Origin: Myxococcota bacterium
GTDB lineage: Bacteria; Myxococcota; JACRCW01
Direction: 5' to 3'
Assembly (NCBI GenBank): GCA_040752415.1
Contig: JBFMGU010000011.1
Coordinates: 13,033-77,032, forward strand
DNA: 64,000 nt
Shown here one piece after another: positions 55,241 to 64,000 of this stretch. How positions within the stretch are numbered: position 1 is the stretch's first letter; each line of letters opens with the position of its first letter. The translations under genes and the position numbers were made by a program. The notes under the pieces were generated by a model. The model ran no database searches. It saw nothing but the letters and a program-made list of their open reading frames with translations, and was not told where the DNA came from.

Positions 55241-56284
55241 GTGCGCATCCTCCTGCTGGCCCTGGCCGCCCTCACCGCCGACGAGCCACCACCGCTGCCG
55301 TCGCCAGGCTCGGTGGCCGTGCAGCCGGTTGCGCCGCCGCTCCCCGCCGGCCCGACGACACCCGGCACCGCGCAGGGAGACGAGGCGCAGGTGGAGCACG
55401 TCTATGTGCGCACCAACGGCATCCGCATGCACGTGGCCATGGCCGGTCCCGACGACGGCCCGGTGGTCATCATGCTGCACGGCTTCCCGGACTTCTGGTA
55501 CGGCTGGCGCCACCAGATGCTGCCGTTGGCGCAACGCGGCTGGCGCGTCCTGGTGCCCGACCAGCGCGGCTACAACCTCACCGACAAGCCCACCGACGTG
55601 GAAGCCTACGCGGTGGACACGCTGGTTGCCGACGTGGTGGGACTGATGGATGCGCTGGGCGTGCAGAAGGCGCACGTGGTGGCGCATGACTGGGGCGCGG
55701 GCGTGGCGTGGCGCATGGCGCAGGTGGCGCCGGAGCGGATGCAGCGCCTGGTGATCATCAACGTGCCGCACCTGGGCGTCATGCGTCGCACGTTGGAGAA
55801 CAACCCGGAGCAGGTGGCGCGCAGCTGGTACATGTTCTTCTTCCAACTGCCGCGGCTCCCCGACTGGCTGGCGGCACGCAACGACCACCAGCTCCTCGAG
55901 CGTGCCCTCACCGGCTCCAGCAGGGAGGGGACCTTCACCGCCGCGGAGCTGCGTTACTACCGGGAGGCGTGGTCGCGGCCGGGCGCGGTGACGTCGATGA
56001 TCAACTGGTACCGCGCGGCCGCGCGCCATGGTCCTTCGGATGTGGACAAGCGCATCACCGTGCCCACGCTGGTGTTGTGGGGAGAGAAGGACGTGGCGTT
56101 GATGGCGGAGATGGCCGCCGACAGCGTGGCCATGTGTGACGACGGGCAGCTGGTGACGTTCCCCGAGAACAGCCACTGGTTGCACCTGGAGCAGCCGCGC
56201 GCGGTGACGGAGTTGATCGACGCGTTCCTGCGCGGGAAGCGTGTGGAAGGCACCGTGACCACCCGGCGTGGCGACGCGGACTAG
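55241..56284 (+). CDS. alpha/beta hydrolase (epoxide hydrolase-like) with N-terminal signal-like segment
   Basis: LHGFPDFWYGW, DQRGY, AHDWGA, WGEKD and SHW. Confidence 0.9.
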   Translation: MRILLLALAALTADEPPPLPSPGSVAVQPVAPPLPAGPTTPGTAQGDEAQVEHVYVRTNGIRMHVAMAGPDDGPVVIMLHGFPDFWYGWRHQMLPLAQRGWRVLVPDQRGYNLTDKPTDVEAYAVDTLVADVVGLMDALGVQKAHVVAHDWGAGVAWRMAQVAPERMQRLVIINVPHLGVMRRTLENNPEQVARSWYMFFFQLPRLPDWLAARNDHQLLERALTGSSREGTFTAAELRYYREAWSRPGAVTSMINWYRAAARHGPSDVDKRITVPTLVLWGEKDVALMAEMAADSVAMCDDGQLVTFPENSHWLHLEQPRAVTELIDAFLRGKRVEGTVTTRRGDAD

Positions 56285-57345
56285 GCCTTCTCCGGCGCCA
56301 GCGTGACCGGCTTCTGCGTGCTGGAGGAGTCCTGCATGCGGCCCGCGTACCACGCCGCGCTGAACTCCTTGCCGCGCGCCACCACCGCCTCCACCCACGC
56401 GCCGTTCTGGCGGTACCACGCCACCGTTGCCTTCAGTCCGGCCTGCAGTGACGTCGTCACGGAGAAGCCCAGCTCGCTGCTCGCCCGGGACACCTGCAGC
56501 GCGTAGCGACGGTCATGCGCGGGCCGGTCGGTGACGTAGCGGATGAGGCTCTCCGGCTTGCCCAGCTCCGCCAGGATGGCCCGCACGATCTCGATGTTCG
56601 CGCGCTCCTCTCCCGCGCCCAGGTTGTACGTGCGCCCGGGTTGTCCCTTCAGCGCCGCCAGCTCGATGCCGCGCGCGTGATCCTCGACGTAGATCCAGTC
56701 GCGGCGGTGCAGGCCGTCGCCGTAGACGGGCAGGGGCTCGTCCTTCAGGGCGCGGGTGATCATCAGCGGGATGAGCTTCTCCGGCGTGTGGCGTGGGCCG
56801 TAGTTGTTGGCCGCGCGCGTGATCACCACGTCCATCCCGAAGGTCTTGGCGTAGCTCTGCGCCAACAGGTCCGCGCCCGCCTTGCTGGCGGCGTAGGGGC
56901 TGGTGGGACGGAACGGCGCGTCCTCGTCAAAATGCACGCCCTCCGGCGTGGGGCCGTAGACCTCGTCGGTGCTGATGAGCACGAAGCGGGGCGTCTTGTG
57001 CGCACGCGCCGCCTCCAGCAGCACCTGCGTGCCCATGACGTTGGTCTGGATGAAGGCCATGGGACCCAGGATGCTGCGGTCCACGTGGCTCTCCGCCGCC
57101 AGGTGCAGCACCAGGTCCGGCTTCTCCTCGGCGAACAGCGCGTCCACCGCGGGCTGGTCGCAGATGTCGGCGTGGATGAAGCGGAAGCGCGCTCCCTCCA
57201 CGAGCGAGCTGAGCGAGATGCGGTGCCCCGCGTAGGTCAGCGCGTCCAGCACCACGACGCGGTCCTGGGGATGCGCCGCGGCCCAGTGCAGGGTGAGCGC
57301 GCTGCCGATGAAGCCCGCGCCGCCGGTGATGAGGACGGTTCCCAT
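56281..57345 (-). CDS. rfbB: dTDP-glucose 4,6-dehydratase
   Basis: TGGAGFIG, LTYAG, AAESHVDRS, STDEVYG, YAASK and DRPAHDRRY. Confidence 0.94.
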   Translation of the reverse strand: MGTVLITGGAGFIGSALTLHWAAAHPQDRVVVLDALTYAGHRISLSSLVEGARFRFIHADICDQPAVDALFAEEKPDLVLHLAAESHVDRSILGPMAFIQTNVMGTQVLLEAARAHKTPRFVLISTDEVYGPTPEGVHFDEDAPFRPTSPYAASKAGADLLAQSYAKTFGMDVVITRAANNYGPRHTPEKLIPLMITRALKDEPLPVYGDGLHRRDWIYVEDHARGIELAALKGQPGRTYNLGAGEERANIEIVRAILAELGKPESLIRYVTDRPAHDRRYALQVSRASSELGFSVTTSLQAGLKATVAWYRQNGAWVEAVVARGKEFSAAWYAGRMQDSSSTQKPVTLAPEKA

Positions 57346-57403
57346 CCGTGTGCTCCTTGGGGGCGCGCCATAACGCAGCGCCCGGTGCGCGTGCCAGCCC
57401 TTC

Positions 57404-58030
57404 TCAGGCCGCGTCGCTCTCGAAGGCCTCACGGTAGTCGGCGCGGGCGGCGGTGAGGACGGCGCGCGCTTCCATGGCGTTGTAGACCGGGTCCACGGTG
57501 ATCACGCTCCCGCTCTCGCCCGGGATGCGCTTGTAGGTCAGGAAGTAGTGCCGCATGCGGTCCACCACCGCGCGGCTCAGCTGGCTCACGTCCACCACGT
57601 CGCCAAACGTGGGATCCCCCACGAGCACCGCGATGATCTTGTCGTCCGCCTCGCCGTTCTCCACCATGCGCAGCCCGCCAATGGGACGCGCCTCCAGCAG
57701 GATCTCGCCGCGGGAGATGGGGCGGTCGGTGAGCACGCAGATGTCCAGCGGGTCGCGGTCTCCCCGGCTGACGGGCGGGCCGCCGGTGACGACGTGCGCC
57801 GCCACCCGCGTGTCGCAGTAGGTCTTGGGCACGAAGCCGTAGAGCGTGGGGCAGAAGCTGGAGAAGCGCTGCGGACGGTCCACCTTCAGGTAGCCGGTGA
57901 GCTTGTCGATCTCGTACTTCACGCCGTCGGTGGGGACGATCTCGATGTAGGCGGTGAGCAGCTCCGGGAAGCGCGCGCCGGGGTCAATGCCGTGCCAGGG
58001 ATGCGGTCGGAACGGGGAAGGCTTGGTCAT
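57404..58030 (-). CDS. ppa: inorganic pyrophosphatase
   Basis: HPWHG, KYEIDK, YGFVP, DRDPLDI and EADDKII. Confidence 0.94.
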   Translation of the reverse strand: MTKPSPFRPHPWHGIDPGARFPELLTAYIEIVPTDGVKYEIDKLTGYLKVDRPQRFSSFCPTLYGFVPKTYCDTRVAAHVVTGGPPVSRGDRDPLDICVLTDRPISRGEILLEARPIGGLRMVENGEADDKIIAVLVGDPTFGDVVDVSQLSRAVVDRMRHYFLTYKRIPGESGSVITVDPVYNAMEARAVLTAARADYREAFESDAA

Positions 58031-58169
58031 GCCCGCTCTCTACCACGGACCTCGCGATGCAAAGTTCGCGCTGGTATTCCTCCCCGCTCAAGGCCGGGCA
58101 CCAACGTGCCGAGGGGAATGCGCGCCGGCGCATCGCGGTTTCGCTGGTCTCGTCCCGGGAGGGACTTTC

Positions 58170-60146
58170 ATGTCGATCCGGGGACACTCCACGAGCGGGA
58201 GCCAGGCGTCTTCCACCAACGCGGTGCTGGTGGCGGACGACGGTCGGCTCCAGCGCGCCATCTTCTCGGAAGCGCTGACCGACGCCGGGTTCGACGTGGT
58301 GACGGCGGAGGACCTGCCCGCGGCGCTGGCGTTGCTGGAAGGCAATCCGCCCGGGGTGCTGGTGGTGGACAAGAACCTCCCCGACGAGACCGACGGGTTG
58401 GAGCTGCTGCGGCGGGCCAGCCGGTTGGCGCCGCACTCCCGCGTGATCGTCGTGTCCGCGCATTCCACCTTTGAGTCCGCGGTGGAGGCGCTGCGGCACG
58501 GTGCGTTTGACTACCTGCCCAAGCCGGTGGAGCCCGTGCTGCTCGTGGAGAAGGTGCGTCGGGCCATGGCCAGCCACGCGGAGGCGCTGGGGCGGGAGCG
58601 GCTGCTGCAGAAGTACGAGGCGTTGTTCGAGACGGTGCCGGGGCTGGTGTGCTTCCTGACCGAGGAGGGCCAGTTCCGACGGGTGAGCCGGGAAGGCGCG
58701 CGCCTGTTGGGCTACGACGCCGAGGAGCTGGCGGGCCAGAGCTGCGACGTCCTGTTCCCCCCGGATCCCCCCGCCAGCGCGCGCTGGGCGCTGACCGAGC
58801 GGCGCACCGGGCAGCGGGCCACCCGTCGCAAGGAGGTGGAGCTGGTGACGCGCGAGGGGAAGCGGCGCGTGTTCGAGTTCTGCTCCACCGGCGTGTACCG
58901 ACGCGGCAACTCCGCCACCACCGGCCGCGACCTGGGCACGCTGGCGGTGGGCTGGGACATCACCGAGCAGCGCGCGCTCCAGGAGCAGCTGCGTCACGCG
59001 CAGAAGATGGAAGCGGTGGGACGCATGGCGGGCGGCATTGCGCATGACTTCAACAACCTGCTCACCGTCATCACCGCCAACGCGCGGCTGTTGCGCGGTG
59101 AGCTGGGCACCACCTCGCCGCACTTCGAGCTGGTGGCGGACATCGAGCAGGCCGGCCAGCGCGCCACCGCGCTCACGCGCCAGCTGCTCACCTTCAGCCG
59201 CAAGAGCCAGCACCAGCCGGTGCCCCTCACCGCCACCAGCCTGCTGGACGGGGTGGCGCCGCTGCTGCGCCGGCTGGCGGGCGAGAACGTGGAACTGCAG
59301 GTGGGGTGCGACGCGGAGGTTCCCCCGGTGATGGCGGACCGCGGCCAGCTGGAGCAGGTGCTGGTGAACCTGGTGATCAACGCGCGCGACGCCATGCCGG
59401 AGGGTGGTCGGATTGGGGTCCACGCCCAGGGCGTCACCCTCACCGACGAGCGAAGCAGCGCGGGTGGGGTGTTGACGCCGGGCACCTACGTGCGGCTGTC
59501 CGTGAGCGACACCGGCGTGGGCATGAGTGACAACGTGAAGGAGCACCTGTTCGAGCCGTTCTTCACCACCAAGGGACCGGAGCGCGGGACCGGGCTGGGG
59601 TTGGCGGTGGTGTACGGGATTGTGCAGCAGCACCACGGCGCGGTGGAGGTGCGCAGCAGTGAGGGCGCGGGCGCGGAGCTGAGCGTCTATCTCCCCGTCA
59701 CCGACGCGCGGGAGGAGCGCGCGCGTCCCAGCGGGAGCGGCAGCTACCGGGTGGGCGGCGGGTCGGTGCTGGTGGCGGAGGACGACGAGGCGGTGCGTCG
59801 ACTGCTGCGTCGGACGTTGGAGCGCTACGGCTACCGCGTGACCGAGGCCGCCAACGGCGAGGAGGCGCTGCTGGCGTTCGAGCGTTCCGGGTCGGAGTTC
59901 GACCTGCTGGTCACCGACGTGGGCATGCCCCGCATGACCGGCCCGGCGCTGGCCGAGCAGCTGCGCGCGCGCAACCCGGGCATGCCCGTGGTGTTCGTCT
60001 CCGGCTACGCCCGGTTCTCCGACGACACGCGGCTGCACCAGGACCGCGCCGTGTTCCTGGAGAAACCCATCACGCCCGGTCGCCTGCTGACCGCGGTGCG
60101 CGAGATGCTGGATACCACCCACGCCACGTCGACGCGGAAGCCCTGA
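58170..60146 (+). CDS. hybrid histidine kinase (REC-PAS-HisKA-HATPase-REC)
   Basis: AHDFNNLL, NARDAMP, FEPFFTTK and GTGLGL; two receiver domains. Confidence 0.94.
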   Translation: MSIRGHSTSGSQASSTNAVLVADDGRLQRAIFSEALTDAGFDVVTAEDLPAALALLEGNPPGVLVVDKNLPDETDGLELLRRASRLAPHSRVIVVSAHSTFESAVEALRHGAFDYLPKPVEPVLLVEKVRRAMASHAEALGRERLLQKYEALFETVPGLVCFLTEEGQFRRVSREGARLLGYDAEELAGQSCDVLFPPDPPASARWALTERRTGQRATRRKEVELVTREGKRRVFEFCSTGVYRRGNSATTGRDLGTLAVGWDITEQRALQEQLRHAQKMEAVGRMAGGIAHDFNNLLTVITANARLLRGELGTTSPHFELVADIEQAGQRATALTRQLLTFSRKSQHQPVPLTATSLLDGVAPLLRRLAGENVELQVGCDAEVPPVMADRGQLEQVLVNLVINARDAMPEGGRIGVHAQGVTLTDERSSAGGVLTPGTYVRLSVSDTGVGMSDNVKEHLFEPFFTTKGPERGTGLGLAVVYGIVQQHHGAVEVRSSEGAGAELSVYLPVTDAREERARPSGSGSYRVGGGSVLVAEDDEAVRRLLRRTLERYGYRVTEAANGEEALLAFERSGSEFDLLVTDVGMPRMTGPALAEQLRARNPGMPVVFVSGYARFSDDTRLHQDRAVFLEKPITPGRLLTAVREMLDTTHATSTRKP

Positions 60147-60356
60147 GGCCCCCGCACCGACGTGTGAGCGGAACCGTGCCCGTGCCCCTGCCCGGCCTGT
60201 CGGGAAGCCTCGGCGCCCACGGTTGTCGTTGAGAAACACCTCCGGTCGACGGGCCCCTCGGGCCGGGCACGGGCAGGGGTCTTCTCACACGTCGACAAGC
60301 CACACCGTGCGGCGCACCTGGGGAACGCTGGCATCCGCAATGCAGTTCCGCCCCGC

Positions 60357-60872
60357 ATGACGACGACAACTTCCCCCGACCGCGCACCCGTTGCGCCCAC
60401 CGGCTGCTGTCCTCCTTTCGACCCCGCCCCCTACCAGGACCGTGAGGTGGTGTGGCACGACAAGCTGTTCGTGAAGGAGCACGTGCGGAGCGTGTTCCAC
60501 ATCCCGCTCAACATGGGCAGCATCATCGGGCACGCCCAGGAGAAGATCGTGGCGGCGGGCGCGGGACCGGCGCAGCCGCTCATGCTCTCCGACGAGATCT
60601 CACCGTGGCGCTCGGACCTCTACATCGACGTCACGCGCCTGGTGCCGGAGATGGAGATGGCCACGCTTACCGGCACGTTCCTCACCCGCGTCTATGACGG
60701 GCCGTACCGCGACATCCCCAAGTGGGTCGACGACATGAAGCGTCACGTGGCGAGCAGGGGACGGGTGCTGCGCAAGCTGTACTTCGCGTACACCACGTGC
60801 CCCCGCTGCGCGAAGGCCTACGGTCACAACCACGTGGTGCTGTTTGCGCAGGTGGAGCCCGCGGAGCACTGA
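60357..60872 (+). CDS. conserved hypothetical protein (GyrI-like 'hydrolase' family)
   Basis: CCPPFDP N-terminus, YDGPY and YFAYTTCPRCAKAYGHN. Confidence 0.7.
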   Translation: MTTTTSPDRAPVAPTGCCPPFDPAPYQDREVVWHDKLFVKEHVRSVFHIPLNMGSIIGHAQEKIVAAGAGPAQPLMLSDEISPWRSDLYIDVTRLVPEMEMATLTGTFLTRVYDGPYRDIPKWVDDMKRHVASRGRVLRKLYFAYTTCPRCAKAYGHNHVVLFAQVEPAEH

Positions 60873-62030
60873 TCACGCCGGCGAGGTGTCCATCAGGCTG
60901 GCGGGCATGCCGTCGTCGATCTGCAGCGCACCCAGCAGCCCCGGCAGCGGGCTCTGCGCCTGCGCGCCCGCGGTGGCGGCGCGGGAAGCCAGCTCCCGTC
61001 GGGAGGAGACGTCGGTGGTGAGCATGCGCAGCACGGTGGCAAGTCCCTCCGCGTCGCCGGGGCCCACGCAGGGACCAATGCCCAGCCGACGCACCTCGCT
61101 GACCAGCTCGCTGTTCTCCGGGCCCACCGCCACCAGCGGCTTGCCGCTCCACAGCGCGCGCGGCACGGCGCGGGGCACGCACAGTCCGTCGTGGGCGGGC
61201 ACGGCAATGCCCAGCAGCACATCCGCCGCCAGCACCGCCGCGCGACGATCCTGCCGCGCCAGCGAGACCACCTGCGCGTTCTTGATGCCGCGGGCGCTGA
61301 TCATCTCGCGCAGGGTGCGCGCGCGGGAGCCTCCACCCACGGCGGCAAAAGCGAACGCGTGATCATGACGCAGCCGCGTGAGCCCGCCGATGAGCGCGCC
61401 GAGGTCGGTGGCCGCGCCCAGCGCCGCGGGCAGCACCACCAGGCAATCCGCGCCCTGCGCCAGCTCCTGCCGCAACCGGTGCACGTGCGGCGCGGAGGGC
61501 TTGGGGACCAGCGGGGAGAACATGTCGCGGACCACCTTGACGTTGTCGGGCTGCGCGCCGCGGAGCAGCACCCGGCGCCGCAGCGCCTCGGTGGGCACCA
61601 CCAGCACGCGCGCGCGACGCACCACCGCCGCCTCCAGCGCGGGGAGCAGCATGGCTTCCACGCTGTCCCGCGGGAACTCGCCGGTGCGCATGCGCGCTTC
61701 CCCGGTGAGCGCGGTGAGCACCACGGCGCCGGGGATGCCACGTGCGGCGGCCACCACGTCCGCGCCGAGGGCGGGGAGCATGGGCGGGGCCACCATGAGC
61801 ACGGCGTCGGGGGCGGGCTTCTGCAGGGCCAGGCGGGCCAGCATGCCCACGGTCTCCACCGCCGCCACCGACCGGCTGATCCACGACGCGGTGGGCGCGG
61901 GCAGCGTGGTGAGCTGGACCTGGTGGCCTTCCTTCTTGAGCGCACTGGCCAGCGCCGCACCGTCCAACATGGCCGCATCCAGTGAGCTGGAAGCGCTCCG
62001 CTCCGCCGCCGCAAGAATGGCCAAACGCAT
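60873..62030 (-). CDS. GT-B glycosyltransferase (family 4-like, divergent)
   Basis: VGGGS, LAADV, SGKPLV and VGPGDAEGLA. Confidence 0.7.
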   Translation of the reverse strand: MRLAILAAAERSASSSLDAAMLDGAALASALKKEGHQVQLTTLPAPTASWISRSVAAVETVGMLARLALQKPAPDAVLMVAPPMLPALGADVVAAARGIPGAVVLTALTGEARMRTGEFPRDSVEAMLLPALEAAVVRRARVLVVPTEALRRRVLLRGAQPDNVKVVRDMFSPLVPKPSAPHVHRLRQELAQGADCLVVLPAALGAATDLGALIGGLTRLRHDHAFAFAAVGGGSRARTLREMISARGIKNAQVVSLARQDRRAAVLAADVLLGIAVPAHDGLCVPRAVPRALWSGKPLVAVGPENSELVSEVRRLGIGPCVGPGDAEGLATVLRMLTTDVSSRRELASRAATAGAQAQSPLPGLLGALQIDDGMPASLMDTSPA

Positions 62031-62330
62031 GCTTCCCGACTCTCCTTGGCGGTGCGGAATCCCGCATCCGTCCCGCACGACGTGCGGATGGGCTCGCAGC
62101 CTAGCAGTCCCGCGCTCTCAGGGGTCAAGCCGGACTTCCACGCTCAACCCATGTAGGACGCGTGGCATTCCCGGGCGACGGGGCGACGGAGGGTCCAACC
62201 GGTGTGGAGCACGGCACCCGGGACGTTGCACGGCAGGACTTCGGCGCTGGCGGCGACGACGCGATGGTGACGTCGGAGAACGGCGCTCTCTGGATGCACG
62301 ATCAGACCGGTATCCAGGCGCGTGAACCGA

Positions 62331-62581
62331 CGCCGCAGCCGTAGGGGCTAGGCTTTTCCACGTCGTGGCAGCGACGAGAGGGGAAGGAAATGCCTAGCCC
62401 GGGGCCGACGGAGCCACGCCGTCATCCCCAATGTCCCCCCACGCAACCCGGGTGCGTGGTGAGCATCCCTCTTGGACGCGCTGCTTCACTCGAGGAAGAC
62501 TTCGTGGCCCCGGGCTAGGCATTTCCTTCCGCTCTCGTCGCTGCCACGACGTGGAAAAGCCTAGCCCCTACGGCTGCGGCG
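62331..62581. repeat. REPIN-like inverted doublet of GTAG-type palindromes
   Basis: 76-bp arms at 62331-62406 and 62506-62581 (1 mismatch); each arm reads GTAG-GGGCTAGGC...GCCTAGCCC. Confidence 0.85.
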
Positions 62582-62779
62582 CCAGCTCACGCCCTGGATA
62601 CTGGCAGCACGAGTCCTCCCCGGCCCTTGCCGTGACGACGTCAGATGGCCAGACAGTAGTAGCGTGGTTTCCGATCAGGTTGACCACAGATTGCTCACCG
62701 GGCCGCATCGTCGCGGATCAACGGAAGGAACCCGGAGCAACAGGGGATCCAGGGTGTCCACGCGAAACGGAATGCCACC

Positions 62780-63775
62780 GTGATGAGGGAACCTGCGCCG
62801 TCCGCTCGCTGTCTGTTCCAGGGGAGGCCCTGCCCGGTGCATCCGCAACCACGTCGTCACTTCACGCTGCTCGTCGTCTGCGCACTGGTGCTTGGCGCCG
62901 GTTGGGATGCGGGGCTGCGGAAACGCAGCGCGGACCTGCGCGCGGAGAAGCTCACCCCGCCCTATGAGGCACTGAAACGCGCCGCCACCCCCAAGCGCGC
63001 CCCGCACGACGGAGAGTGGCTCGCGGAACAGCCGGAGCGGGGCGAGTCGTTCGCGGAATACGTGATGGGCCGGCCGGTGCGCGGGACCGGTCTCAACGCC
63101 TTCGACGTGCAGCCGGTGGGTGACTTCACGGCCGAGCAGATGCGCGTGGTGCAGCTCACCGTGCAATACCTCCGACGCTACTTTGCCGTCCCGGTGCGGC
63201 TCCATCCCACGCTGCCCGCCGCCCTCGTCCCGGAGGAAGCCCGACGTCACCATCCCGACACCCGCGGCGAGCAGGTGTTCGCGCCGTGGATGCTGGAGGA
63301 GCTGCGTACCCGACGACCGCGCGACTCCATGGGGCTCATCGCATTGACCGCGATGGACCTCTATCCGCAGGAGGACTGGAACTACGTGTTCGGGATGGCG
63401 TCGTTGGAGCGCCGGGTGGGCGTGTGGTCCATCCACCGGCTGTGCGCGCGTGAGCTCGCCGGCACCGCCTTCTCCCGCTGCCTGCTGCGCACCATCAAGA
63501 CGGCGGTGCACGAGCTTTCCCACATGCTCTCGTTGTCCCACTGCGTGGCATACGAGTGCGTCATGAACGGCAGCAACCACCTCGAGGAGATGGACGGCCA
63601 GCCCGCCGAGCCCTGCCCGGTGTGCCTGCAGAAGCTGTGCTGGAACCTGGGGTGCAACCCGGCGCAACGTTCCCGTGCGCTCATCGACTTCGCCGAGACT
63701 CACGGACTGGAGGAGCTGCGCCGCGAACTGCTGCGTCGTGATGCATGGTTGCGCGCGACGAGCACGGCTCCATAG
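62780..63775 (+). CDS. archaemetzincin (peptidase M54)
   Basis: HELSHMLSLSHC, CVMNGSN, CPVC and WNYVFG. The start may be GTG at 62837. Confidence 0.88.
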   Translation: MMREPAPSARCLFQGRPCPVHPQPRRHFTLLVVCALVLGAGWDAGLRKRSADLRAEKLTPPYEALKRAATPKRAPHDGEWLAEQPERGESFAEYVMGRPVRGTGLNAFDVQPVGDFTAEQMRVVQLTVQYLRRYFAVPVRLHPTLPAALVPEEARRHHPDTRGEQVFAPWMLEELRTRRPRDSMGLIALTAMDLYPQEDWNYVFGMASLERRVGVWSIHRLCARELAGTAFSRCLLRTIKTAVHELSHMLSLSHCVAYECVMNGSNHLEEMDGQPAEPCPVCLQKLCWNLGCNPAQRSRALIDFAETHGLEELRRELLRRDAWLRATSTAP

Positions 63776-63862
63776 TGGTTGCGTCAGGCAACCTGCCCAT
63801 GTCAACGACGCTGGCGAGCGCCTGAGGGAGCTGCGCCAGAACAAGATGCCCAGCGGGATTGC

Positions 63863-63952
63863 ACGTTGTGAGCGGGCCACGACCTGGAGTGCGGCGGGCC
63901 CTCGCCGCCCTGGCCAGCGCCGAGCGGGTTCCGCACCCGCCGACGGTCCACC
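63863..63952 (+). repeat. second copy of the 8244 element (left arm)
   Basis: About 90 bp highly similar to 8244-8334. Confidence 0.8.
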
Positions 63953-64000
63953 ATATGCAGCCGCGGCGGATTCCCCGTTCGTCGAGAAGTCCCGGGCTTC

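Noticed and set aside
62162..62344. 60-aa ORF ending in the REP arm
   Set aside because: No motif or RBS; it could be a remnant but cannot be supported.

Overview
High-GC window whose gene content points to a Myxococcota-like deltaproteobacterium (inference from a MYXO-CTERM-type tail, Ser/Cys-rich lipoproteins, a sigma54 activator and hybrid kinases). A housekeeping block (PP2C phosphatase, M23 peptidase, secA, lspA, gyrA, with a vapBC pair between lspA and gyrA) sits among metabolic genes (ADH, moeZ, agmatinase, GDH, rfbB, ppa, CorA, K+ channel), signalling genes and many secreted proteins with poly-Ser linkers. I found no rRNA, tRNA, CRISPR array or transposase. The most unusual observations are: (1) a 258-bp coding segment inverted inside a Cys-rich lipoprotein gene (27374-27631); (2) a MYXO-CTERM protein with a temptin-like domain and a CxxCH motif; (3) a frameshifted papain/C39-like candidate effector; (4) an M23 lipoprotein with four 6-Cys repeats; (5) two classes of REP/REPIN-like inverted doublets; (6) a probable internally deleted toxin-antitoxin pair coupled to a Uma2 nuclease; (7) a pseudo-hybrid kinase; (8) a recurring leaderless-gene signature. 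I cannot establish a complete novel multi-gene system from the sequence alone. All family calls come from motif recognition, not database searches.
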